Below are positions 18,996 to 28,931 of a stretch of DNA of 64,000 nucleotides, in pieces. The stretch is from an uncultured Actinomycetes bacterium (GTDB lineage Bacteria; Actinomycetota; UBA4738; HRBIN12). The DNA is taken from positions 403 to 64,402 of the forward strand of contig CAWGFO010000010.1 in NCBI GenBank assembly GCA_963821925.1, in the 5' to 3' direction. The notes under the pieces are model-generated. The model was not told the DNA's origin, did not search any database, and worked only from the letters and a program-made list of their open reading frames with translations. The position numbers were made by a program, and so were the translations under genes. The number at the start of each line of letters is the position of its first letter. Positions within the stretch are counted from its first letter, which is position 1.

Positions 18996-20531
18996 GTGAT
19001 GGATGACGGTGCGGGGGCGGGGCGCGTGAGCGCCCCGCCCCTCGTCGTCATGGAGGGCATCACCAAACGGTTCCCCGGCGTCCTCGCGAACGACGACGTC
19101 ACGATCGACCTTCGTCCCGGCGAGGTCCACGCCCTGATCGGTGAGAACGGGGCGGGCAAGTCCACGCTGATGAGGGTCCTCTACGGCCTCTACCCGCCCA
19201 ATGAGGGGCGCATCACGGTCCGGGGCCAGGAGGTGAAGATCGGGTCGCCGCGCGACGCGATCGCCCTCGGGATCGGGATGGTCCATCAGCACTTCGTGCT
19301 GGTCGACCCGTTCACCGTGGCCGAGAACATCATCCTCGGGATGGAGGGTGGCCCGATCCTCGACAAGGAGGGGTCCGAGGCCAAGGTCGCCGAGCTGGCG
19401 GCGTCGTACGGCTTCGTGATCGACCCCTCCGCCGTCGTCGAGGACCTGTCGGTCGGTGAGGAACAACGGGTCGAGATCCTGAAGGCGCTCTACCGGGGCG
19501 TCGAGATCCTGATCCTCGACGAGCCCACGGCGGTGCTCACGCCCGCCGAGGCCAAGGACCTGTTCGAGAACCTCCGGAAGCTGCGCGACGACGGCAAGAC
19601 GATCGTGTTCATCAGCCACAAGCTGGACGAGGTGCTCGCGATCGCCGATCGCATCACGGTCCTTCGGCGCGGCGCCGTGGTGGGCGAGACCACGCCGGCC
19701 GAGACGAACAAGGCCAAGCTCGCCGAGATGATGGTGGGCCGACCCGTCCTCTTCCGTCTGGAGAAGCCCCAGGTCGAGCCGGGCGAGATCGCGTTGAGGG
19801 TGGACGATCTCCACGGAGGGCGTCTCCACGGTCTCTCGCTCGAGGTGCGCCGCGGCGAGATCGTCGGGGTCGCCGGGGTCGAGGGCAACGGCCAGCGCGA
19901 GCTCGCCGACGCGATCATGGGCCTCCGCACGTTGGAGAGCGGCCGTATCGAGCTCGACGGGCGCGACCTGCACGAGCTCACCACCGAGGAGATCCGCAAC
20001 GCCGGTGTGGCGTTCATCCCGGAGGACCGGCAGGACCAGGGCCTCGTCCTCAGCATGACGCTCTGGGAGAACACCGTGATCGGCCGGCACGACGACCCGG
20101 CGTTCTCGGGACGGTTCGGCTTACTGCTGCTCAAGAAGATCAAGGAGCTGGCCCATCGCCTGATCAAGGAGTTCGACATCCGAGCGCGGAGCATCGAGAT
20201 GTCGGCCCGAACCCTCTCGGGCGGTAACCAGCAGAAGCTGATCCTGGCGCGCGAGCTCGAGACCGATCCCGCGCTCCTGCTGGCGGCGCAGCCGACGCGC
20301 GGGCTCGACGTCGGCGCGATCGAGTTCGTCTGGAGCCAGATCCTCGAGCAGAAGGCGGCCGGCCGTGCGGTGCTGTTGATCTCGGCCGAGCTCGACGAGA
20401 TCTACGCCCTCTCGGACCGCATCGTGACCCTCTACGAGGGCCGCATCACGGGGGAGTACCCGCCCGACGCGCCGGCCGAGGACGTCGGCCGGGGCATGCT
20501 CGGCGGGGACACCGTGAAGGAGGCCAGCTGA
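18996..20531 (+). CDS. ABC transporter ATP-binding protein with two nucleotide-binding domains (BMP/ribose-type uptake ATPase).
   Basis: Two Walker A sites (GENGAGKST and, in NBD2, GVEGNGQ) and two signature motifs (LSVGEEQRV, LSGGNQQK). Confidence 0.9.
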   Translation: MMDDGAGAGRVSAPPLVVMEGITKRFPGVLANDDVTIDLRPGEVHALIGENGAGKSTLMRVLYGLYPPNEGRITVRGQEVKIGSPRDAIALGIGMVHQHFVLVDPFTVAENIILGMEGGPILDKEGSEAKVAELAASYGFVIDPSAVVEDLSVGEEQRVEILKALYRGVEILILDEPTAVLTPAEAKDLFENLRKLRDDGKTIVFISHKLDEVLAIADRITVLRRGAVVGETTPAETNKAKLAEMMVGRPVLFRLEKPQVEPGEIALRVDDLHGGRLHGLSLEVRRGEIVGVAGVEGNGQRELADAIMGLRTLESGRIELDGRDLHELTTEEIRNAGVAFIPEDRQDQGLVLSMTLWENTVIGRHDDPAFSGRFGLLLLKKIKELAHRLIKEFDIRARSIEMSARTLSGGNQQKLILARELETDPALLLAAQPTRGLDVGAIEFVWSQILEQKAAGRAVLLISAELDEIYALSDRIVTLYEGRITGEYPPDAPAEDVGRGMLGGDTVKEAS

Positions 20532-21730
20532 TGGCCTCCGCCGGCGCCGCGTTGCCCCAGGTGAAGCGGCGGGAGCGTCCCGAGTGGCTCGAGAACGTCG
20601 GCGGTCAGGTCGCCGCGCTCGTCGGCGCTCTTCTGATCGCGATGGCGGTGGGGTCGATCATCATCGTGCTCTACGGTGAGAGCCCGATCACGGTCTATTC
20701 CGCGATCCTCGAGGGCTCGCTCGGCGACAAGAACGGCTTCGGCTACGTGCTCGCCAACGCCGGCCCGCTCATCTTCTCCGCGCTCGCGGTGGCGGTCTGT
20801 TTCAAGGGCGGCATGTTCAACATCGGCGTGGAGGGGCAGTACATCGTCGCGATGGGGGTGGCGTCGTGGGCGGCGCTCAAGCTCGACTTCATCCCCGGCC
20901 CGCTTCTGATGATCGTGGTGATCCTGTTCGCGATCCTCGGCGGGATGGCCTACGCGTCGATCCCCGCGATCCTCAAGGTCAAGACCGGGGCGCACGAAGT
21001 GGTGACGACGATCATGCTGAACGGCGTCGCCGCGAGCCTCGTCGCCTTCATCATCCGGGGTCCGCTGCGGTACACCGACATCGGCGGCGGGTTCAACGTG
21101 AACCTGCGGACCGACCCGTTCCCCGACAACGCGGCGATCCCCGACCTCGGCCACCTCTTCGGGATCCGCACGAGCGTCCGGCTCTCGTGGGTGCTCCCGA
21201 TGGCGCTCGTCGCTGCGGCGATCGTGTGGTTCATCTTCAAGCGGATGCGGCTCGGCTACGAAGCGCGGGCGGTGGGCGCCTCGCCCGGCTCGGCGCTCGC
21301 CGGCGGGATCTCGATCGGCAAGGTCCAGATCCGGCTGTTCCTGCTCTCCGGGGCGCTGGCCGGCATGATCGGGGTCCAGCAGCTCTTCGCCGACCAGGGG
21401 TTCCTCCCGTCCGGCTACGAAGCCGGCATCGGGTTCCTCGGCATCGGCGTGGCCTTCCTCGGGCAGAACAACCCGGCGGGGATCGTGTTCGCCGCGGTGC
21501 TGTGGGGCGTCCTGGCCCGAGGGGAGACCTCGCTCCAGCTCCAGACCGACGTGCCGCGCGAGTTCGTGATCATCCTGCAGGGGATCTTGATCCTGTCGGT
21601 CGTGGTCACCTACCAGGTCGCACGACGACGGCTGTTCGCGCGGGAGCTGCGCCGCGCCGCGGAGGTCGAGGATCTCGGGGACGCCGCCGCCAGCGCCGAT
21701 GTCGAGGGCCTCGCGAAGGAGGACCGCTGA
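20531..21730 (+). CDS. ABC transporter permease (BMP-system permease 1).
   Basis: Polytopic membrane protein. ATGA overlap with the ATPase stop and TGATG overlap with the next permease. Confidence 0.85.
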   Translation: MASAGAALPQVKRRERPEWLENVGGQVAALVGALLIAMAVGSIIIVLYGESPITVYSAILEGSLGDKNGFGYVLANAGPLIFSALAVAVCFKGGMFNIGVEGQYIVAMGVASWAALKLDFIPGPLLMIVVILFAILGGMAYASIPAILKVKTGAHEVVTTIMLNGVAASLVAFIIRGPLRYTDIGGGFNVNLRTDPFPDNAAIPDLGHLFGIRTSVRLSWVLPMALVAAAIVWFIFKRMRLGYEARAVGASPGSALAGGISIGKVQIRLFLLSGALAGMIGVQQLFADQGFLPSGYEAGIGFLGIGVAFLGQNNPAGIVFAAVLWGVLARGETSLQLQTDVPREFVIILQGILILSVVVTYQVARRRLFARELRRAAEVEDLGDAAASADVEGLAKEDR

Positions 21731-22704
21731 TGTTCGGCGACCTCAGCGCCGCGCTCGGGATCGCGTTCACCTATTTCACGATCATCTACGTGACGGGCCT
21801 GGGTGGGCTGTACAGCGAACGATCGGGCATCGTGAACATCGGCCTCGAAGGCATGATGATCATCGGGACGGTCACCGGGTCGTGGGGGACGTTCTTCTTC
21901 ACGAGCCCGGATCACATGGGCTGGGGGCTGCCGTGGGGCCCGATCATGGGGATCGTGATCGGGATGATCGCGGGGGCGTTGTTCGCCTCGATCCATGCGC
22001 TCGCCACGGTCACCTTCAAGGTCGACCAGATCGTGTCGGGCGTGGTGATCAACCTCGTGGCCGTGGGCCTCGCACGGTTCCTCTCGTCGATCTTCTTCGG
22101 CCAGGCCACGCAGTCGGACTCGGGCCAGCCGCACCTGCACGTGATCGACATCCCGGGGTTATCGAGCCTGCCGCTCGGCCTCGGGCGGGCGTTCACGGGC
22201 TTATCGCCGATGGTGATCGTGGCGTTCCTGCTGGTGTTCCCGGTGACGTACTCCCTCTACAAGACCCGGTGGGGCCTCCGGCTGCGCTCCTGCGGCGAGA
22301 ACCCCGAGGCGGCGCGGGCCCTGGGCGTGCGCGTGGCCCCGCTCCGGTACCAGGGCGTGATGCTCTCGGGCGCGCTCGCCGGGTTCGCGGGGGCGTTCCT
22401 GGCCATCGAGGTCAACCTCAGCTGGAACGAGGGCCAGACGCAGGGCCTCGGGTTCATCGCGCTCGCCGCGCTCATCCTGTCCAACTGGAACCCGAAGCGC
22501 CTGATGCTGGCCGCGATGATCTTCGGCTTCGCACAGGCGATCCCGTACCGGCTCGCCGACGCGCCGATCGTCCGACTGATCCCGCCCGAGTTCGTCCGCA
22601 TGACGCCCTACATCGTCACGATCGTCGTGCTGGCCGGGTTCGTCGGCAAGGTCAGACCCCCGGCGGCCGCGGGCAAGGCGTACGAAGGCGGCGGCGCGCT
22701 CTAG
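21730..22704 (+). CDS. ABC transporter permease (BMP-system permease 2).
   Basis: MFGDLSAALGIAFTYFTIIYVTGLGGLYSERSGIVNIGLEGMM… is a typical branched-chain/nucleoside permease N-terminus. Confidence 0.85.
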   Translation: MFGDLSAALGIAFTYFTIIYVTGLGGLYSERSGIVNIGLEGMMIIGTVTGSWGTFFFTSPDHMGWGLPWGPIMGIVIGMIAGALFASIHALATVTFKVDQIVSGVVINLVAVGLARFLSSIFFGQATQSDSGQPHLHVIDIPGLSSLPLGLGRAFTGLSPMVIVAFLLVFPVTYSLYKTRWGLRLRSCGENPEAARALGVRVAPLRYQGVMLSGALAGFAGAFLAIEVNLSWNEGQTQGLGFIALAALILSNWNPKRLMLAAMIFGFAQAIPYRLADAPIVRLIPPEFVRMTPYIVTIVVLAGFVGKVRPPAAAGKAYEGGGAL

Positions 22705-22707
22705 GGA

Positions 22708-23331
22708 TCAGAAGGTCCCGTGGAGTCGGTCGCCGAAGTCCCCGAGACCCGGCAGGATGAACCCGACCTCGTTCAGCTGGCGGTCCAGCGCGCCCGCGAC
22801 GATCGGCACGTCGGGATGCTCGCGCTCGAGCAGGGCGACCCCCTCGGGGGCCGCCACCACGCAGATGAAGGTGATCGACGTGGGGTTCGCGTTGCGCCGC
22901 ACGTGCGTGATCGCGGCGCTGCCGGATCCGCCCGTCGCGAGCATCGGGTCGACGACCAGGGCACGACGGCCGTCCATCGGCGGCAGCTTCGCGTAATAGT
23001 CGCGGGGCTGCAGGGTGACCTCGTCGCGCTCCAGCCCGAGGTACCCGACGACGGTGTCGGGATACAGGTCGGTGACCGCGTCGAGCAGCCCGAGCCCGGC
23101 GCGGAGCACCGGGATCGCCACGAGCCGTTCCGAGATGCGCCGCGTTTCCATCGGCTCCATCGGTGTGTCGATCGCCACGCTCTCGGTCGCGAGGTCGCGG
23201 GTGGCCTCCATCACGAGGAGCCACCCCAGCCGGCGCGTGAGGGCCCGGAACTCCGCCGGGTCGGTGCCCGCGTTGCGCAGTCGTGAGAGCAGATCGAGGG
23301 CGAGCGGGTGGTCGAGCACCGTGAGCGACAT
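22708..23331 (-). CDS. upp: Uracil phosphoribosyltransferase.
   Basis: MSLTVLDHPLALDLLSRLRN… and …ALVVDPMLATGGSGSAAI… (PRPP-binding motif). Confidence 0.9.
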   Translation of the reverse strand: MSLTVLDHPLALDLLSRLRNAGTDPAEFRALTRRLGWLLVMEATRDLATESVAIDTPMEPMETRRISERLVAIPVLRAGLGLLDAVTDLYPDTVVGYLGLERDEVTLQPRDYYAKLPPMDGRRALVVDPMLATGGSGSAAITHVRRNANPTSITFICVVAAPEGVALLEREHPDVPIVAGALDRQLNEVGFILPGLGDFGDRLHGTF

Positions 23332-23398
23332 CGGCCGGATACTACGCGACCGACGGCGGCGCCCGTCACGCGTCGCGGGGGTCGGGCATGATGGAAAC

Positions 23399-24187
23399 GT
23401 GGAGGCTCGGTGGGTCGTGCTCCTGGTGATCGCGTGGCTGCTGCCGGCCTGCGCTGATCCGGCATCCGACGCGCCGACGACCGTGGGTAGCGTCACCCTC
23501 CTCACGCACGAGGCCACCGGCGACGGCGCCTACATGTCGGCCTTGGGTGGGGGACGGTTGGTGTTGCGCGACGGCTGCGTGGCGATGCGGGCGGAGGGCG
23601 GAGGTCCCGCCACGTTCATCCTGTGGGATGCGGGGTACGGCCTCCGCGAGCGTGAGGGCGTGGTCGAAGTGGTCGACCCTGACGGGGACCTCGTAGCCGC
23701 GATCGGCTCCCCGATCATGCTCGGTGGAGGGTTCGTCGATCTCGAAGTGGCCGACGACCAGGCCGAGGCGCCGATCCCCGAAGGCTGCCGCGACGACGGG
23801 GTCGAGCCATACTTCGTCGCCGCGCCCGACGCCTGGCCGTTCGCCGAGGCCGACGGGATCACGCTGCTCCGCCATCCGGGACAGGAGCTCTCGGGAGATC
23901 AGGCGCTGATCGAGGGCACGCTATCGATCGTGGGCGGCTGCATCGGGCTCGACGTCGACGGACCGTGGCTGGTGTGGCCCGTCGACTACGGGCTCAGCTC
24001 GAACGAGCCGCGTCAGGTCTGGGACGGCCGCCAGAGGGTCGTCGCCGAGCTCGGCGACACGGTCAGACTCGCGGGCGGCATCGGCGCGATGCCCAACCCA
24101 GACGCGATGCCCGGCGGCATCCCCGAGGGCTGCCGAGGAGACGGCGAGTCCTACTGGTACGTGGGCGAGATCGAGGTCGTCTCATGA
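23399..24187 (+). CDS. Lipoprotein of unknown function.
   Basis: GTG start, signal and lipobox (…VVLLVIAWLLPAC|AD). Acidic secreted domain; no family assignment. Confidence 0.5.
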   Translation: MEARWVVLLVIAWLLPACADPASDAPTTVGSVTLLTHEATGDGAYMSALGGGRLVLRDGCVAMRAEGGGPATFILWDAGYGLREREGVVEVVDPDGDLVAAIGSPIMLGGGFVDLEVADDQAEAPIPEGCRDDGVEPYFVAAPDAWPFAEADGITLLRHPGQELSGDQALIEGTLSIVGGCIGLDVDGPWLVWPVDYGLSSNEPRQVWDGRQRVVAELGDTVRLAGGIGAMPNPDAMPGGIPEGCRGDGESYWYVGEIEVVS

Positions 24188-24240
24188 CCCGCGACGGCCG
24201 CTTGCCAGGCCGCCCGGCGGTCTGCCACGATGTGCCGGTC

Positions 24241-24294
24241 ATGCAGCGTTCCTACGGCTTCGGGTTTACCTACGCGGGCATCCGCCCGGCGTAG
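24241..24294 (+). CDS. Candidate 17-codon leader peptide enriched in aromatic residues (MQRSYGFGFTYAGIRPA).
   Basis: Four of 17 codons are Tyr/Phe (tac ttc ttt tac). It sits 97 bp upstream of the DAHP synthase start and is followed by alternative hairpins. No strong Shine-Dalgarno sequence. Confidence 0.3.
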   Translation: MQRSYGFGFTYAGIRPA

Positions 24295-24322
24295 CCGCCT
24301 GCAGCCAGCCAGCAGACAGCGA

Positions 24323-24360
24323 CCCCGGGCGAGACACCCGGGGTTCTTCCTTCCCCGGGG
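24323..24360 (+). promoter_or_regulatory. Three G/C-rich segments that can form mutually exclusive hairpins (1:2 or 2:3) with a U/C-rich run between them. This could be the terminator of the upstream lipoprotein gene or an attenuator of aroG.
   Basis: ccccggg cgagaca cccgggg ttcttccttc ccccggg. Segments 1 and 3 are identical and both are complementary to segment 2. Confidence 0.4.
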
Positions 24361-24390
24361 TCCGTCCGGGCAGGACGGGAGGTTCCACAG

Positions 24391-25410
24391 ATGGTCGTCG
24401 TGATGAGGCAGGACGCGACCGACGCCGACGTCGAGGCGGTCGCCGAGAAGGCGCGGGCCGCCGGCGGCGAGGCGTTCGTCTCGCGCGGGGCCGTGCACAC
24501 GGTGGTCGGGCTGGTCGGCGACACCGAGCGGCTGCGGGCCGTGGACTGGCGCCAGCTCCACGGCGTCGACCACGTGATCCAGATCGGCAAGGCGTACAAG
24601 ATGGTCGCGCGCGACCTGCACCCCGAGCCCACCAGCGTGCTCGTGGGCTCAACCGCGGTGGGGCGCGAGACGTTCACGATCATCGCGGGCCCGTGCGCCG
24701 TCGAGAACGAGGACCAGGCGATGATCGCGTGCAAAGCGGCGGCCCAGGCGGGCGCGACGATCCTGCGTGGCGACGTCTACAAGCCGCGGACCTCCCCGTA
24801 CTCGTTCCAGGGTCTGGGGGAGCGGGGTCTCGAGATCCTGCAGGAGTGCCGACGGGAGACCGGGCTGCCGTTCATCGTCGAGGTCGTCGACATGAGCCAG
24901 GTCGAGCACGTGGCCGAGGTGGCCGACTGCATCCGGATCGGCACGCGGAACGCGCAGAACTTCGAGCTGCTGAAGGAGGTCGGGCTCACGAACAAGCCCG
25001 TGATGCTGAAGCGCGGCCTCGCGATGACGATCGACGAGTGGCTGCAAGCAGCCGAGTACGTCGCGCAGCGCGGGAACTCCGAGATCATCCTGTGCGAGCG
25101 GGGGATCCGGACGTTCGAGCCCTCCACCCGGAACACGCTGGATCTGGCGGGGATGGCGGTGGCCCAGCAGGAATCGCACCTGCCCGTGATCGTGGATCCG
25201 TCGCACGCGGTGGGCAAGCGCAACCTCGTCGGACCGATGGCGCTCGCCGCGGTCGCGGCCGGGGCCGACGCGGTGATGATCGACGTGCACGCCGAGCCCG
25301 AGCAGGCGCTGGTGGACGGTCCTCAGGCGCTCCTGCCGGAGGAGATCGTGGCGCTGGGCGAGCAGATCGCCCGGGTCGCGGAGGCAGTGGGTCGCCCGCT
25401 CAATCGGTGA
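24391..25410 (+). CDS. 3-deoxy-7-phosphoheptulonate (DAHP) synthase, type I-beta, with an N-terminal ferredoxin/ACT-like regulatory domain.
   Basis: …IIAGPCAVENEDQ…GDVYKPRTSPYSFQGLG…RIGTRNAQNF…VDPSHAVGKR… matches the KDSA/DAHP-I-beta catalytic core, preceded by a regulatory extension of about 75 aa. Confidence 0.9.
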   Translation: MVVVMRQDATDADVEAVAEKARAAGGEAFVSRGAVHTVVGLVGDTERLRAVDWRQLHGVDHVIQIGKAYKMVARDLHPEPTSVLVGSTAVGRETFTIIAGPCAVENEDQAMIACKAAAQAGATILRGDVYKPRTSPYSFQGLGERGLEILQECRRETGLPFIVEVVDMSQVEHVAEVADCIRIGTRNAQNFELLKEVGLTNKPVMLKRGLAMTIDEWLQAAEYVAQRGNSEIILCERGIRTFEPSTRNTLDLAGMAVAQQESHLPVIVDPSHAVGKRNLVGPMALAAVAAGADAVMIDVHAEPEQALVDGPQALLPEEIVALGEQIARVAEAVGRPLNR

Positions 25411-25431
25411 GCCATCAGAGCGGGCTCGGCC

Positions 25432-26202
25432 TCAGACGTTCGGCGTCAGCTCGACGATGTCGCACGAGCCGCGCCACCGAGCGAGCGAGTCGCCGGGGGG
25501 TCCCATGCGGCTCCGGCGCCGGTCGACCAGCACCTTCGCGGCCTCTTCCCACTCGGCACCCTCGAGCCGGCGCTGCGCCGCGGTGAACTCGTCCAGAGAC
25601 GTGTCGCGGCCCTTGCGCCGCGTCACCACCACCAGCTCCTGTGCCTCGGGCACGCCCGGCACGGTCTGCTCCTCGGGACCGGGCTCGCGCTGCGACACCA
25701 CGAGGATCTTGCCGTTCTTGTAGGCGAACCACGCCGGCACCGTCCGGCGTCGACCGCCACGGTCGGTGCCGATCCAGATCACGTCGGACTTCTTCAGCCC
25801 GTCCTCGGTGTCCTTGTCGAGCTTGGTCGGCGCGGACTGCACGTACACGGGGAACTCCAGCTCGCCCACGATCTCGCCGTCGAGGATGAACGACGCCACG
25901 TACGTCCCCGTCTCGTCGAAAACGGCGTCCTCGACCGTGTCGACCTCGGTCGTGAGGTCCATCGCGCCGACCATCCGGCGCACCTCCGGACCCCAGCGGA
26001 AGATCGTCCGGCCCGAGGGTCCGATCAGGCGGATCTCCTCGTTCACGAACCCGATGGGCACCTTCCATGCGCGGAAGAGCACGAACGCGAGCGCGGGACC
26101 TGGCTGGCCGACGAGGTAGACACCGTCGGGCGCGGTGTCGCCGTTCGTCTCCCAGACACGCTGGTCGACGACGGCCGCCGCCACGAGCTCTCCGATGCTC
26201 AT
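25432..26202 (-). CDS. Hypothetical protein (256 aa); no family assignment.
   Basis: Long clean ORF with normal codon bias and no recognisable motifs. Confidence 0.55.
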   Translation of the reverse strand: MSIGELVAAAVVDQRVWETNGDTAPDGVYLVGQPGPALAFVLFRAWKVPIGFVNEEIRLIGPSGRTIFRWGPEVRRMVGAMDLTTEVDTVEDAVFDETGTYVASFILDGEIVGELEFPVYVQSAPTKLDKDTEDGLKKSDVIWIGTDRGGRRRTVPAWFAYKNGKILVVSQREPGPEEQTVPGVPEAQELVVVTRRKGRDTSLDEFTAAQRRLEGAEWEEAAKVLVDRRRSRMGPPGDSLARWRGSCDIVELTPNV

Positions 26203-26241
26203 CGGCGGAGAGGATAGCGGACGGCGCGGTCGCAGGCAGTC

Positions 26242-27423
26242 TCAGACGGTGCGGGCGAGCCAGAGCCGAGGCTCGCCGACCTCGGGGAGCGACGGCATCG
26301 CCTCGGCCGACTCCCACATGCGCGACAGCGTGGCCTCGTCGGTGAGCTCGACGACCGTGTCGCAGAACGCCCGTCCTGCCACGTACTGCTCGCGCTTCAT
26401 CTCCACGCCGAGCAGCCGCTCGAACACCGGATCGCCGGCCTCGCCCTCGCGGTAGCGGCGCATCGCCTCCTCGATCTGGCCGTACGAGCCCAGGAGCTCC
26501 GCCCCGAGCGCGTGCATCACGTGGTCGCCGTACCCTTCGGCCGCCGCCATGAACGCCTGGATCCGCGCCAGCTTCAGCCGCTGTTCGTCGTCGAGCTCGG
26601 CGCCGAACAGCCCCTCGTCGGACTCCATCAGGCCCTGCAGCGCCTCGGGGTCGGCGGCGTCCAGCCCCGCGAGCTTCGCCTGCATCCCCTCCACGTCGAT
26701 CGTGAGGGTCGTCAGGAAGTCGTCGAGCAGCTCCCGGAACCGTTCGCGCGCCCACGGGCGCGCGAACTCGAAGCGGTGCGTCACCTCGTGCAGCGCCACC
26801 CACGTCCGGAACTCGGTCGGGTCGAGCGACCAGTCCTTCTCGAACATCGCGATGTTCGGCACCACGAACAACAGGGTGCCCGGCCCACCCCGGGGCACGG
26901 CCACGTCGAACTGCCCCAGCACCCGCTGCGCGAGGAACCCGAGCACCTGTCCCACCTGCGTGCCCATCAGCAGTGGCGAGAGCTGGCCCATGAACCCGGC
27001 CATCTGCTGCATCTCCGGCGGGAGCTGCTCACGGGTGGCCCGGTCCATCGCCTCGCCGATCCGCTGTGCGGCCGGCTCGAGCAGCTCACGGAGGCTCTCC
27101 GCGTTCGCGGTCACCCACTCGGCACGCCGCACCGGGAGGACCTGCGCGACGTCGCCCGGCGCCTCCAGCCCGGTGAACCGCGCCACCTGCAGCTCCGCGA
27201 CGCGGACGGCGTCCTCGAAGACCTGTCGGTCGGCATCGGTGGGCTCGCGGTCGTCGCCCGCCTCCACGGCGCTCGCGATCGCCACCTGGCGGGCGAGCTC
27301 CCAGTTCACCGGGCCGCTCGACGACGACATCACGCGCTGCAGCTCCCGGAACAGCGGAGCGTCCTTGAACTGCTCGGGGTCACCCCCGAACGGGAACCCG
27401 AAGCCGGGTGGCATGCCGCTCAT
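26242..27423 (-). CDS. Zinc-dependent metalloprotease of the DUF2342 / F420-biosynthesis-associated type.
   Basis: HEXXH (…VALHEVTHRFEF…), and the length and architecture typical of the actinobacterial DUF2342 family. Confidence 0.7.
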   Translation of the reverse strand: MSGMPPGFGFPFGGDPEQFKDAPLFRELQRVMSSSSGPVNWELARQVAIASAVEAGDDREPTDADRQVFEDAVRVAELQVARFTGLEAPGDVAQVLPVRRAEWVTANAESLRELLEPAAQRIGEAMDRATREQLPPEMQQMAGFMGQLSPLLMGTQVGQVLGFLAQRVLGQFDVAVPRGGPGTLLFVVPNIAMFEKDWSLDPTEFRTWVALHEVTHRFEFARPWARERFRELLDDFLTTLTIDVEGMQAKLAGLDAADPEALQGLMESDEGLFGAELDDEQRLKLARIQAFMAAAEGYGDHVMHALGAELLGSYGQIEEAMRRYREGEAGDPVFERLLGVEMKREQYVAGRAFCDTVVELTDEATLSRMWESAEAMPSLPEVGEPRLWLARTV

Positions 27424-27463
27424 GGGGTCAATCGTACGACCGCCCCTTCGCTACGATGGCCCC

Positions 27464-27907
27464 GTGACCGACCCAGTCCCCCTCAGCGAGCGCACGCTCG
27501 TCCGGATCACGTCCGAGCCGATCCTCGTCGACGAGGCCCTCACGTTCGTCGCGGATCCCGGCGCGGGCGGCACCGCGGTCTTCATCGGCACGGTGCGGGA
27601 CCACTCGGGCGCCGGCGACGTGACGGGGCTGAGCTACGAAGCCTGGGACGACCTCGCGGTCGAACGCCTCGGCGCGATCTGCGGCGAGATGCACGAGCGA
27701 TGGCCGGTCCGCAAGGTCGCGATCGTGCACCGGACCGGCGACCTCGCCGTGGGGGAGGCGAGCGTCGTGGTCGCCGCCAGCGCCCCGCACCGCGGCGACG
27801 CCTTCGACGCCTGCCGCCACGGGATCGAGCGCCTGAAGGAGGACGTCCCGATCTGGAAGAAGGAGTCCCTCGTCACGGGCGACGCGCATTGGGTGATGGG
27901 CAGCTAG
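27464..27907 (+). CDS. moaE: Molybdopterin synthase catalytic subunit MoaE.
   Basis: …FIGTVRDHSG…LSYEAW…VRKVAIVHRTGDLAVGEASVVVAASAPHRGDAFDACRHGIERLKEDVPIWKKE…. Confidence 0.8.
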   Translation: MTDPVPLSERTLVRITSEPILVDEALTFVADPGAGGTAVFIGTVRDHSGAGDVTGLSYEAWDDLAVERLGAICGEMHERWPVRKVAIVHRTGDLAVGEASVVVAASAPHRGDAFDACRHGIERLKEDVPIWKKESLVTGDAHWVMGS

Positions 27908-28915
27908 ATGGGCCGCGATCTCGCGATCGACCTCGGCACCGCGAACACGCTCGTCTACCGCCAGGGCGAGGGCATCATCTTCGACGAGCCCGCGGTCGTC
28001 GCGATGCACGGCGGCACCGGGGAGGTCCTCGCGATGGGCGAGGAGGCCTGGCAGATGATCGGAGGCGACTCGGGGAGCGTCGTCGCGGTCCGGCCGCTCC
28101 GCGCCGGCACGATGACCGAGTTCGACATCACGCAGCGGATGCTCGAGGTGGTGCTCCGGCGGGTCGGGGTCTCGCGGCTGATGCGGCCCCGCGTGCTCGC
28201 GTGCGTGCCGAGCCTGAGCTCCGAGGTCGAGAAGCGCGCGATCGAGGAGGCGATCCGGTTCGCGGGCGGCCGGCAGGTGACCCTCGTCGAGGAGCCGCTC
28301 GCCGCCGCGATCGGCGCCGGACTGCCCGTGCACGAACCGATCGGGAACCTCGTGGTCGACATCGGCGGCGGCCGCTCGGAGATGGCGGTCGTCTCGATGG
28401 GTGGCGTCGTGAGCGGTCGCTCGGTCACGATCGGCGGTTTCGATCTCGACGCGGCCGTGGCCGAGCACATCCGGACCGAGTACGGGGTGGCGATCGGCGA
28501 GAAGGCCGCCGAGGAGATCAAGATCGCGATCGGCTCGGCCTTCCCGGCGCCCGATCACAAGGCGGCGATCGTGATCGGGCGTGAGCTCGCCGGCGGGAAC
28601 ACCGTGGAGGTGAAGGTCACGGCCGACGAGGTCCGCCAGGCGATGGGCGTGCCGATCACGGGCATCGTCGAGGCGGCCCGGCTCTGCCTCGCGGAGGCGC
28701 CGCCGGAGCTCACGCACGACGTGCTCGAGACCGGCATGTTCCTCACCGGCGGCGGAAGCCTCCTGCGCGGGCTCGACATGCTGCTCGCGCAGGAATGCGA
28801 GGTCCCCGTGCACGCGACGGAGCGGCCGCTCGAAACGGTGGTAGCCGGCGCCGGCTACATGCTCGAACATCTCGCGGACTACCGGTCGGCGTTCCAGCTC
28901 GTGCGCCGGAAATGA
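27908..28915 (+). CDS. mreB: Actin-like rod-shape protein MreB (or an MreB-like paralogue).
   Basis: …LAIDLGTANTLVY…VVDIGGGRSEMAVVSMGGV…DLDAAV…GMFLTGGGSLLRGLD… shows all five actin-fold motifs. Confidence 0.85.
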   Translation: MGRDLAIDLGTANTLVYRQGEGIIFDEPAVVAMHGGTGEVLAMGEEAWQMIGGDSGSVVAVRPLRAGTMTEFDITQRMLEVVLRRVGVSRLMRPRVLACVPSLSSEVEKRAIEEAIRFAGGRQVTLVEEPLAAAIGAGLPVHEPIGNLVVDIGGGRSEMAVVSMGGVVSGRSVTIGGFDLDAAVAEHIRTEYGVAIGEKAAEEIKIAIGSAFPAPDHKAAIVIGRELAGGNTVEVKVTADEVRQAMGVPITGIVEAARLCLAEAPPELTHDVLETGMFLTGGGSLLRGLDMLLAQECEVPVHATERPLETVVAGAGYMLEHLADYRSAFQLVRRK

Positions 28916-28931
28916 CGCCCAGGAGGCACGG

